A DNA stretch of 42,397 bases from contig JAUZOY010000002.1 in NCBI GenBank assembly GCA_030706235.1, positions 1 to 42,397 on the forward strand, in the 5' to 3' direction. Positions 9,001 through 14,407 of the stretch are shown here, piece by piece. Under the pieces are notes generated by a model. It worked only from the letters and a program-made list of their open reading frames with translations. It was not told the DNA's origin and made no database searches. Position numbers and translations under genes: made by a program. This DNA is from Bacteroidota bacterium. Lineage in GTDB: Bacteria; Bacteroidota; Bacteroidia; Bacteroidales; GWE2-29-8. Numbering within the stretch: the first letter of the stretch is position 1; every line of letters starts with the position of its first letter.

Positions 9001-11162
9001 TAGATTTGAATTCATTTGAAATTGTAAAATCAGATCATAAGATTACTAATTATACTATCAATAATAATCTACTTACAATATCTTTTGACTCTATAATGCT
9101 TCCTTGGACAAGTTTGGATAAAGAACATTGTACAGGATATGTTATTTATAAAATAAAAGCTAAAGAAAACACCATTTCTGGAACAAAAATTAATAACAAT
9201 GCAAATATCTATTTTGATTATAATGACCCAATTATAACTAATAAAGTATTTAATACTATTGTTGATAATTTTGTATACCCAACTGTAAATGCAGGAGCAG
9301 ATGTTACAATAGCCAAAGGTAACACTACTAGATTATCAGCAAATGGTGGTCAAAAATTTTTCTGGAGTACAGGAGAAACATCTTCTGTAATTACTGTTAG
9401 TCCTTCAGTTACAACTACATATTATGTCTTTATAGATAATGATGGTTGTACTGCTAGTGATATGGTTGTTGTAAGTGTAATTGATTGTGATTCGATAGCT
9501 TCAGGAATCAGTTTCAGCAGAGATAAAACAATTTGCGCAGGAGAAAGTATAAATCTTACAGCATCCGGAGGAGAATATTATATATGGGAAATGGGAAATG
9601 AGCAATACTCAACTAAACAAAGTATTGAGGTTAGACCATCGATCAGTTCAAATTATATTGTGACTGTTAAAAAACAAAATGTATGTAAATATATTGATAC
9701 TATTAGGGTATATGTAAATCCATTACCTTTATTATCCACAGGTTCCGATTTACCAATTTGTACAGGACAAGTTGCAAAAATAACAGCATTTGGTGCCAAT
9801 ACATATATTTGGAATAATGGATTTGCCGGTGCAAGTCTGTGTATTACACCTTTGGAAACAACAAGTTATACAGTAACAGGAACTGATTTAAATGGTTGTT
9901 CAGCATCAAATTCAGTTATTGTAACAGTAAATCCTTTACCATTTGTCAGTACCGGTTCAGATCTTACAATTTGCAATGGTAGCTCTACTATGCTTTCTGC
10001 CTATGGTGCAAACACATATACTTGGAATTCAGGTAAATGCACAGATGCCGCATGCAATTTATCTGTTGTTTCTCCAACAACAACTACAACTTACACGGTA
10101 ACCGGATCTGATTTAAATGGATGCACAGCAAGTGAAGATGTTATTGTTAATGTAATAACTGTATCTCTTAACTTGGGTTCTGACAAAACAATATGTAATG
10201 GAAGTTCAAATTCTCTTACTTTATCTGGAGGAAAAACTTATAGCTGGAGTAACGGATCGGATGAAGGCTATCTGAATGTCACAAATATTAATGGAGACAC
10301 TGCAATTATTGTGTATCCTAAGCAGACTACTTCATATATTGTGACAGGCTACAAGAAAGGTTGTTCGGCAACAGATGGTATTCTGATTACTGTAATTCGG
10401 GAAAAACCAAATGCCGGTTTACCTGAAAAGGTTGATATTTGCCTTGGAAGTAGTACTACTTTGACTGCATCGGGTGGAGTTTATTATACCTGGAATGATG
10501 ATAAAGGAATATCCGGTACAAGTTCAACAACACATTCAATAACTGTAAGTCCTACACATACTACAGTATATAAGGTAACAATTACAGATCAAAATGGATG
10601 TACAGGAGAAGATCAGGTACAAGTTGAAGTTCATAAAGTAAATGCAAACGCAGGTGTTGATAAAGTTATTTGCAAAGGTGAAACTGTAAAACTGAAAGCT
10701 ACCGGAGGAAGTTCGTATAGATGGACAATTTATGATGGACAATTTATTACTGACCAAACTGTTATTGTCAATCCGACTGTTACTTCTACATATTATCTGA
10801 CAGCCTGGGATGTTGAAGGATGTACAGGTACAGATCAGTCTATTGTAACAGTTATTAATTGTAATAATAAAAGCAAATCAAATGATAGTGATTTGGATTT
10901 AGAAAGTAGTGATATAGCAGTTTCAGTTTATCCGAATCCAAATTCAGGATTATTTACTGTTAAAATTTCTCTAAGTAAAAAATCTGATGTAGATGTAAGT
11001 ATGTATAATACCTTTGGAATAAAAGTTTATGAAAATATTTTACTTAATAAGGAAAAAACTTTTCAATTTGATGTTAACATAAAGAATGTTTCGCCAGGAT
11101 TATACTTGCTTGTAATTGAGTTGAATAATGATATAAAAACTATTGAAGTAATGAAGCAATAA
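3..11162 (+). CDS. Giant secreted repeat protein (T9SS cargo, adhesin-like), 5'-partial
   Basis: The frame is open from the window edge, with no stop between nt 3 and the computed TTG at 15. The first ~110 aa are helical/TPR-like with no signal peptide, so the true start is probably upstream of the window. It contains 3 PKD-like units, ~38 two-Cys repeats, an internal WDPN/FENEG module and a C-terminal VYPNPNSG...GLYLLVI sorting tail. Stop is TAA at 11160-11162. Confidence 0.9.
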   Translation, partial: VKNILKIQDTLYNKAKDISNFSRMLSYTLDKAETYRLINRRDKALQIINNIDGCIELDSNQIAYLNRYRTVIYAEYLIDNGFLKSEDKLKFIQNNENNYFKNSNLILNNTIDSLKSSLIVVGDTFKLQSFNFANKYKWDFGDCSSTTDSLTIHLYSYPGIYNINLKEDFNCKTTNSYKKVIVVPKPKSIFSIIYPETKSNVFYFINNTPKFYLSETKCQTDTNSYCKLDSTKIRYSYKWKFGNNSDTLITNLPDTIKYSFSKSGKYAISLSNYIEIYDTTSKTWYNSGIYKSSYDTINFKVPAIARFNKIQYNCLGDTLFLNDQSIGNDPFSYFWDFGDGTTSSQQNVKIKYNQTGNYSVMLIIKDSLSQIDTTIQNISVNQLPVINLSGDSSVCLGNSTTLNVSGASRYKWNFLDTITSSQNITVNPTTTSTYIVIGENDNGCTASSSFITNVKPLEINITHDTIICQGNAIELIPSGGNRYIWNTYDTTSTIIISPENTITYTVTGFDRNGCYGSTQEIVVINKVDFGSNNKIKTCGNSTITLQDNDPYPGKKYLWSTGDTTSNIIVSPLNDQVYKLTATNNGCSVSDSIKVIITPGISLSSSDITICKGDSVLITSNASNENNANIFFWSNGNVKDSIEVRPEFTTSYTVTINNLDNGCSASNNITVNVIDPAPAINNDTTICPGSSVLLSVFPNENEDYSFIWSDGTNNSSINVYPQQTTTYTVTSSVNQTCSAVVQTIIYVNNVNIGIFIDGVDQGNYKNITLCGSTLSFNLRDKNSNIYNSYLWSTGDVLPSIIINPTSNTTYSVTSTKNGCITTDSIIVNVFPAPALLSAGSNEYVCTNNNLVNFIANSNPQNNQSYSWSTGSLSQSIQDNPFTTTTYTVTATETSGCFSTAQVIAIVNGAKIEAIINNNSLFPNNLVNICGKNNTVVLQNKNYQAGNTYIWSTGDTSHSIVLQPPYLQSYSVTVTVNGCTSSDEIFLNSLPMSDLNLPGDISVCPNSTDYISICAGVNFNDNQIFNWSGSDGSNYNQTQCIYVNPTLGTNYTVTMTEPNGCSASKSITVNVSNIMTPFISSDQTICPNKYTNISAWVNGSNCTYSWNNGFSSSNINVAPNFTTTYIVTVNDGPTCSGTAQTIVTVSDKLIPQITPVQTICKGQQVFLSISSYELTYGYNYTWSTEPYDNSTSQNNYYWLNVSPTQTTTYHLSVSGSPSCSGTAQTVVVINSVDLGPDKNIPSCGANTMIIKDKNFKSGNTYLWNTGENASSITLNELTDPSTPQFYTVTLTDENGCTSSDGVTVNVTSPGATVSAGPDRTICNSNNSITLNAVVDQQNNQLYQWNSGETNSSININPLLTTTYVVTVSEPTGCTESAQVVVTVVGVQLQAILDGEIQWWNKNINYCSNKSLILKDMNYNDGNSYQWNTGETTSSISIPDDITGNKFYQVTVTGNGCTSTDGIWINQLKSTKVITMHDTILICPDNSSSILLSAYQNEFNNQSFMWNTGETTQNIQVIPTQSATYTVTMSDPNGCTSTDHILIKVSDHLKPFINGNQTICPTTSVSLNSWIPVLTNVVYSWSDGSLSQSIDVTPSTTSTYTVTASNSPTCSGTAQAVINLSEQITPTISPDQSICRGNSILLYASNSNGGYYTWSNGGGGSVINVSPSETTTYTVTVNRTPTCSGTAQVVVTVKGVLLSFNNNIYELCNGSSLILQDYNSHIGDKYLWNTGDTSSSIIVSPSTNQIYRVTSTSNGCTSTDEVAVNVKQFKTVSLDPDFTVCPDNTIPTTINANVSWSDYNQYYSQPYFYWNTGENTQSINVLPSQTTTYTVTMYDNGCTASDSIVVNTSYSLQVNKSPDMILCSGSAGYIDVNAGKNIGYNYRWNTGDTTNYMHVTPSQSTIYTVTVSNSPSCSGTAQVMITVVDHYQPEIETYKDTICVGDAINLSLKDGYKYKEITYIWDNTPWSNCSWCSNINLSPSQTATYKLRISNGTCFGDVQKQITVFGAYLGNKNIINSCGADSLQLIDYNNQYNSISGETYLWSTGDTTPNIKFKTNYSHNYILTVSGNGCTTSDTVYVNITPIGTNVTLQQLATEVCINTPVELTANLSYWNNPTFTWFGKSYNDDYYSGQSGSQQQITVTPASNSKYYVLVTDNNGCTSKSSEITVKVKGAFLGDSQFIQLCGTGSATITDLYAETGETYSWNTGETTSSIIVTPPVSPYYNYYYLTVTGNGCTSTAYSAVWVRYIDLGQDKAICSNNKDSINICINSFDIYYFDSYNTHWNTGNTEKCINVYPTETSTYTVSVNAYNGCTLTDDIIINVDASEVSAGEDQTIECGAYAIITANGTDHYLWNTGQITNTINVHPTVTTTYIVTGSNENGCYSTSQVVVKVIPLQLSAGEDKTICMGSSIKLNSTAGLFYHWDNGSNSQFITVSPSINTTYSITGTNENGCSSKSSVSVTVNTIPLVSAGSDQILCFGSKTMLKATGAGNYLWSNNETSDSIVVFPTQSTTYTVTGTENGCSSTDQVIVSVTNDISFDHIDDFTICKGTNVKFTPKGNAEFYYFTGTLFSDQAQITSFTDLGYLNGENLNGNDYNKAVLESGNTWVDQGVFEYSYPDNTTSIEFDITAKDLLNYNCSYKQHVKVNINSENFNPPSTQVICLGNSIDLSATGGNGSYTWDNKIISQPYTVNPQKTTIYNVQSGSCNANVVVIVKDPVAIINPENATIINGGIVTIEGTLYTKDNTNLIPDNLNAFGYYWHSDPFDGKVNQNINQNLLTVMPSVTTTYTLTIQDNNGCTATNKTIVYVNNNCSGDVSAMISGYNPSYHGEPDIVYNITVSNINGLNQNAKGKLSIDFDPKLYFTQFFQILNNQLNYCDYNMNSMSHIDLDYDIDPNSSAIYQLKLNNGSWGQHNTRQNDILITTVTASTTDSNTIDCINDNNICVAKQTVDIPWDPNFKIVNPSGDCNSHYVSKSDTLYYTIEFENEGNYWATNIAIRDSLDINLDLNSFEIVKSDHKITNYTINNNLLTISFDSIMLPWTSLDKEHCTGYVIYKIKAKENTISGTKINNNANIYFDYNDPIITNKVFNTIVDNFVYPTVNAGADVTIAKGNTTRLSANGGQKFFWSTGETSSVITVSPSVTTTYYVFIDNDGCTASDMVVVSVIDCDSIASGISFSRDKTICAGESINLTASGGEYYIWEMGNEQYSTKQSIEVRPSISSNYIVTVKKQNVCKYIDTIRVYVNPLPLLSTGSDLPICTGQVAKITAFGANTYIWNNGFAGASLCITPLETTSYTVTGTDLNGCSASNSVIVTVNPLPFVSTGSDLTICNGSSTMLSAYGANTYTWNSGKCTDAACNLSVVSPTTTTTYTVTGSDLNGCTASEDVIVNVITVSLNLGSDKTICNGSSNSLTLSGGKTYSWSNGSDEGYLNVTNINGDTAIIVYPKQTTSYIVTGYKKGCSATDGILITVIREKPNAGLPEKVDICLGSSTTLTASGGVYYTWNDDKGISGTSSTTHSITVSPTHTTVYKVTITDQNGCTGEDQVQVEVHKVNANAGVDKVICKGETVKLKATGGSSYRWTIYDGQFITDQTVIVNPTVTSTYYLTAWDVEGCTGTDQSIVTVINCNNKSKSNDSDLDLESSDIAVSVYPNPNSGLFTVKISLSKKSDVDVSMYNTFGIKVYENILLNKEKTFQFDVNIKNVSPGLYLLVIELNNDIKTIEVMKQ
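357..1148 (+). other. Three PKD-like domains inside the giant ORF
   Basis: W(D/K)FG(D/N) motifs are WDFGDCSS (from 414), WKFGNNSD (from 717) and WDFGDGTT (from 1005). Each is followed ~20 aa later by a GxYxIxL-type strand (PGIYNINL, SGKYAISL, TGNYSVML). Confidence 0.7.
1149..8411 (+). repeat. Coding tandem array, block 1: ~31 copies of a 70-90 aa two-cysteine repeat
   Basis: The recurrent signature is C-x-G-x-(S/T) ... Y-x-W-(S/N)-x-G-(D/E)-T ... (S/N)-I-x-V-x-P ... T-T-x-Y-x-V-T ... (N/T)-G-C or TCSGTAQ ... V-x-V. I split the translation by hand into units R1-R31. The last three (7593-8411) are divergent. Confidence 0.85.
8412..9278 (+). other. Non-repeat ~290-aa insert with WDPN...FENEG...D-LD-NLD beta-sandwich-like module
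   Basis: This stretch lacks the repeat signature. It contains DIPWDPNFKIVNPSG (WDPN at 8847-8858), LYYTIEFENEGNYWATNIAIRDSLDINLDLNSFEI and ANIYFDYNDPIITN. From memory this resembles the module that usually sits just before the CTD in Bacteroidota T9SS cargo. The family name is not verified. Confidence 0.55.
9279..10856 (+). repeat. Coding tandem array, block 2: 7 further two-cysteine repeats (~75 aa each)
   Basis: Units begin PTVNAGADVTIAKG, ISFSRDKTICAG, PLLSTGSDLPICTG, PFVSTGSDLTICNG, VSLNLGSDKTICNG, PNAGLPEKVDICLG and VNANAGVDKVICKG. All are of the short 'L-x-A-x-G(G/A)-x-x-Y-x-W' subtype and end in (N/K/E)GC. Confidence 0.85.
10917..11159 (+). other. T9SS type-A C-terminal sorting domain (Por secretion tail-like)
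   Basis: The last ~81 aa read AVSVYPNPNSGLFTVKISL...VSMYNTFGIKVYE...VSPGLYLLVIELNNDIKTIEVMKQ. This is the classic YPNP...G-x-Y tail pattern, preceded by a Ser/Asp/Asn-rich linker. Confidence 0.85.
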
Positions 11163-11478
11163 AACATTTCATACATTTTTTCCGCTTTAATCTTAAAGCT
11201 TCTTTAAGTGTAATTTTTGTTATTTCATGATTACATTCAATTAATCCTTCGCAGTTTGATGTTTTGTGGTAAGCATATGCATATGGACTTTGGCAAATGT
11301 AGACTATATTGGTATCTGATTGTGTGATTTGTGTCTGTTTTTCAGGAAAAATAAACGAAGGATTCTTCTCTATAGGCTGATTGCAGGAAAGAAATACTAT
11401 TGGGAATAAAAGAATTAAGACTGTCGTAATGCGAAGCAAATGACAGCGTTGAAACAAGTATTTTGAAAATTTTATCAT
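11140..11478 (-). CDS. Small Cys/His-rich lipoprotein, unknown function
   Basis: It has a signal peptide with lipobox (LLFPIVFLS-C). The mature part carries YH-x4-C-x5-C-x19-C-x2-C (YHKTSNCEGLIECNHE...KKCMKC). Its 3' end overlaps the giant ORF by 23 nt in convergent orientation. Confidence 0.6.
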   Translation of the reverse strand: MIKFSKYLFQRCHLLRITTVLILLFPIVFLSCNQPIEKNPSFIFPEKQTQITQSDTNIVYICQSPYAYAYHKTSNCEGLIECNHEITKITLKEALRLKRKKCMKCFIASLLQ

Positions 11479-11531
11479 TTGATTGGTTTTTAATTTTACT
11501 TTTGTAACATACTGGAAAATAAATATTAATA

Positions 11532-11561
11532 CTAGACAGGAGTGCTACCAATCCTGTCTGG
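11532..11561 (-). terminator. GC-rich hairpin immediately after the LuxR-solo stop (possible terminator/attenuator)
   Basis: ctAGACAGGA-gtgctaccaa-TCCTGTCTgg forms an 8 bp perfect stem (10 bp with C-G and U-G extension). It starts 5 nt after the TAA at 11566-11568. The downstream minus-strand sequence is U-rich but has no clean U-run. Confidence 0.4.
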
Positions 11562-11565
11562 ATTA

Positions 11566-11775
11566 TTAAAGCCTGAATAATTGATTTTTCAGGGAATAGA
11601 CAATAAGTCCGGCTTTGTTGTGAGTGCCGGTTTTACGTAACAGTGAAGAGCGATAGTGTTCCACTGTTTTATAACTTAAATGCAATCGCTGTGCTATTTC
11701 CTTGCATGTTAGACCTTTACAGGTAAGTATTAATGTTTGTATTTCTCTGTAATTCAGGTCGGGAATTTCTTGCAT
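11566..11775 (-). CDS. Stand-alone LuxR/GerE-type helix-turn-helix protein (69 aa)
   Basis: YREIQTLILTCKGLTCKEIAQRLHLSYKTVEHYRSSLLRKTG matches the LuxR_C-like HTH pattern (L-x-x-RE ... KEIA ... S-x-x-TV-x-x-H). There is no receiver or ligand-binding domain. Confidence 0.8.
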   Translation of the reverse strand: MQEIPDLNYREIQTLILTCKGLTCKEIAQRLHLSYKTVEHYRSSLLRKTGTHNKAGLIVYSLKNQLFRL

Positions 11776-11965
11776 AGTTGAAAGTTAAAAGTTGTTAAAT
11801 GTTAGTTATTTTAGTCTTTTACCATTTTTTTGTTTTAATCTTATTTATGCAAAAAAAATGGTATGCAACTTAACTTATCCGTTCTGAGGCACTGCAATGC
11901 CTTGACTGCAAATAAGTTAGTGCACACCATATAGGTGCGTCTAACATATTATTCTCGCAGTCTTA

Positions 11966-11973
11966 TATATTTG
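11966..11973 (+). promoter_or_regulatory. Orphan TAnnTTTG -7-like box in the ORF-free region
   Basis: TATATTTG on the + strand has no annotated + strand gene downstream. The motif is short and is expected by chance in AT-rich DNA. Confidence 0.25.
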
Positions 11974-12212
11974 CAGTTTTCAGAAGAAGAATAAAAGTTA
12001 TCGCTTTAAATTTTAATATTATGTGTAAAGAACGTTTCTGATATTGATATGACAAAAGTAAGAATAAATGTTGAATAGAAGATGATAACAAATAATAATA
12101 TTAACTATAAAACATTTAGAAACTTTTTTAAAATTATTGTGCAACCGATTTCCACATCATGCACATCCATCATTTCTTTGCGTCCTTTACGATTAACCTT
12201 TGCGTGAAAATC

Positions 12213-12249
12213 ATTGTAGAAATTCTTTTTTGTTATTAAATTCTACAAT
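12213..12249 (-). terminator. Candidate intrinsic terminator downstream of queA
   Basis: ATTGTAGAA / TTCTACAAT is a perfect 9-bp inverted repeat with a 19-nt loop. On the minus strand it is followed by GAUUUUC, ~100 nt after the queA stop. Confidence 0.35.
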
Positions 12250-12347
12250 AATAAAGAAATTGAATAATTTAGTCTCCTTTAAAACTTTTTCCGGACAATA
12301 GTAATTTAAACTATTAAGATAGGTGATAATTGAAAAAATATAGATGA

Positions 12348-13574
12348 TTAATCACGAGAAATATAGCAACTATCCCCATAGCTTAGAAATCTGAAATCAT
12401 TTGAAAGAGCATAATTGTATATTCTTTTCCAGTCCGAACCTATAAATGCAGCAATTAGAAGAAGAAGTGTACTTTGTGGCTGATGAAAATTTGTAATAAG
12501 ACCTTTAACAATTTTGAATTTATATCCTGGAACAATAAGAATTTCTGTTTGACCGGTGAGATTATCTAAAGAATTTTTGTCCATATAATCTAAAATTGCA
12601 TTGAGAGAAGCTGATGCAGAAATATCTTTATCCAAATTTTCATATGCTTCCCATTGTGATATCATATGCAATGAAATATCTTTATTTAGAATGATCTTTT
12701 TCCCTAATTGATAGATACTTTCAAGTGTTCTGACAGATGTAGTCCCAACGGCAATAATGTTGTTGTTCAGATTTTTTAAAAGATTATTAATTGTCGTTTT
12801 ATTTACAGAAAAATGTTCTGAATGCATAATATGTGTGCTTATAGTGGGTGAGGAAACTGGTTTAAATGTTCCTGCTCCAACATGAAGTGTCACATAGAAA
12901 CTATTAATGTTATTTTTATTTATTTTTGCAATAACCTCATTGGTAAAGTGTAATCCTGCTGTAGGTGCAGCTACCGATCCTTCATATTGTGCGTATACTG
13001 TCTGGTAACGATTTTTGTCAATATTATCAGGAACCCTTTTTATATAAGGAGGTAAGGGAGTATTTCCGAAAATATTTATAATGTCTCCGAAATTCAGAGA
13101 AATATTGTCCCAGTTAAATTGAATAAGATATGCATTTTTTTCAGCTCCTTTTATTTCTACTGAAAGATTAAGTGTTTGGTTATTATCTGTGTTTATATTT
13201 TTAGAAAGAAATTTTCCATTCCATTTTTTTGCATTCCCGATAAAACATTTCCAGATACATCCTGAGCTTGCAGAAAAAGATTTTTCAATTTCAGTAAATG
13301 GGAAAAAAGGTTCAAGGCAAAAGATTTCTATTGTAGAACCTGATTCTTTTTGGAAAAGCATTCTTGCCTGAATTACTTTAGTATCATTGAAAACTAATGA
13401 ACAACCTTTTTGTAAATAATCAGGAATGTTTCCAAAAATAGTCTCATTAATTTCCCCGTTTTTATATATGAGTAATTTTGATTTATCGCGCTGAATTAAT
13501 GGAAATTGGGCAATTCTGTTTAATGGTAATTCGTAATTATATTCTGAAATATTTATGTCTTTGGGCGAAATCAT
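12348..13574 (-). CDS. queA: S-adenosylmethionine:tRNA ribosyltransferase-isomerase
   Basis: QueA hallmarks are present: YNYELPLNRIAQFPL...RDKSKLL, PLPPYIKR, TAGLHFT, VGTTSVRTLES, TNFHQPQSTLL, FRFLSYGDS. Confidence 0.93.
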   Translation of the reverse strand: MISPKDINISEYNYELPLNRIAQFPLIQRDKSKLLIYKNGEINETIFGNIPDYLQKGCSLVFNDTKVIQARMLFQKESGSTIEIFCLEPFFPFTEIEKSFSASSGCIWKCFIGNAKKWNGKFLSKNINTDNNQTLNLSVEIKGAEKNAYLIQFNWDNISLNFGDIINIFGNTPLPPYIKRVPDNIDKNRYQTVYAQYEGSVAAPTAGLHFTNEVIAKINKNNINSFYVTLHVGAGTFKPVSSPTISTHIMHSEHFSVNKTTINNLLKNLNNNIIAVGTTSVRTLESIYQLGKKIILNKDISLHMISQWEAYENLDKDISASASLNAILDYMDKNSLDNLTGQTEILIVPGYKFKIVKGLITNFHQPQSTLLLLIAAFIGSDWKRIYNYALSNDFRFLSYGDSCYISRD

Positions 13575-14407
13575 TTAGTATTGTTGTATTTTATATTGTA
13601 TGACATAGAAATGCCTGTATAATTAGGAGCTAATGATATATTTGCTTTGATTTTATTTGATGGTTTATTCATGTTTTTAACAACTAATTTACCTATTCCA
13701 TATCCTAAAGCTGCACCAAAAAAGACATCTGATGCCCAATGATCATTATTATAGATTCTTGATATTCCAACCAGTGTTGCCAAAGAATATGATGTGAAAA
13801 CCACAATAGGTTTGTCTTTATAACTCTCTGCAATAACTGTGAATAAGGAAAATGCTCCAATTGTATGACCGGAAGGAAATGAAGCATGATAATTCATGAA
13901 TGGCCCTTTGAATGAAGAAGGTTTCGCAAATCCATTTTCTTCATATGGACGTTCCCTTCCTATAAAATATTTTGGAACTAATACTACTATTCCTGCAATA
14001 CCAAATGCTTTTACTGCATTTAATGCAACTTTTTTTTCTTTTTGATCTGAAGTGAATGCTCCCAGACAATAAAGTGCTCCCATTGCAGGAATAGAATAAA
14101 CTCCGCTTCCCCAGGGTTCAATAAAGTTTTTACAAATATTATCCAGACCTTTAGTTTGATTTCTTTGTGTAAGATCGTGAAAAAATTGATCCTGTGAATA
14201 TATTAAACCCGTACCGGCAATTATCATCCCTGCGGAAATCCATTGATTCCCATCCCATTTGACAGGACTTGAAACTACATTACTCAGGTCAGTAAAACAA
14301 GATTTAACAAATTGACCATTAAATGAATATTTTGATGTATCTGATTGAGAGTATAAAGAATTTGAAAAAACTAAAAGTAAAATATAAAAAACAATCCATT
14401 TCATCAT
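13571..14407 (-). CDS. PAP2-family (acid phosphatase / lipid phosphate phosphatase) membrane protein
   Basis: It has a signal peptide and the three PAP2 motifs: K-x6-RP (KYFIGRERP), PSGH (FPSGHT) and SR-x5-H-x3-D (SRIYNNDHWASD). Confidence 0.88.
   Translation of the reverse strand: MMKWIVFYILLLVFSNSLYSQSDTSKYSFNGQFVKSCFTDLSNVVSSPVKWDGNQWISAGMIIAGTGLIYSQDQFFHDLTQRNQTKGLDNICKNFIEPWGSGVYSIPAMGALYCLGAFTSDQKEKKVALNAVKAFGIAGIVVLVPKYFIGRERPYEENGFAKPSSFKGPFMNYHASFPSGHTIGAFSLFTVIAESYKDKPIVVFTSYSLATLVGISRIYNNDHWASDVFFGAALGYGIGKLVVKNMNKPSNKIKANISLAPNYTGISMSYNIKYNNTK

Noticed and set aside
6679-10757. Antisense ORFs 6679-6891 (70 aa) and 10536-10757 (73 aa) inside the giant gene
   Set aside because: Their translations are low-complexity and Tyr/Asn/Ile/Phe-rich, typical of shadow frames opposite AT-rich coding DNA. 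They lie fully within a much better-supported ORF.
1149-10856. Regular ~230-nt periodicity that could superficially suggest a CRISPR-like or satellite array
   Set aside because: The periodicity lies entirely within one open frame and is conserved at protein rather than DNA level. There are no identical direct repeats alternating with unique spacers, and no cas genes.
11342-11551. 69-aa minus-strand ORF overlapping the lipoprotein gene and the hairpin
   Set aside because: It overlaps the 112-aa lipoprotein ORF in another frame, has no recognisable features, and spans the hairpin/terminator region.
12021-12041. Micro-ORF MCKERF* downstream of the orphan TATATTTG box
   Set aside because: Six codons is far too short to support without conservation or ribosome-profiling data. 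It is mentioned only as a possible leader peptide.
12348-13574. QueA is 408 aa, longer than the ~350 aa I associate with the family
   Set aside because: The extra residues appear to sit in two variable surface regions (after the N-terminal barrel and after GTTSVRTLES), and all catalytic motifs are intact. I cannot tell without alignments whether this length is normal for the lineage.
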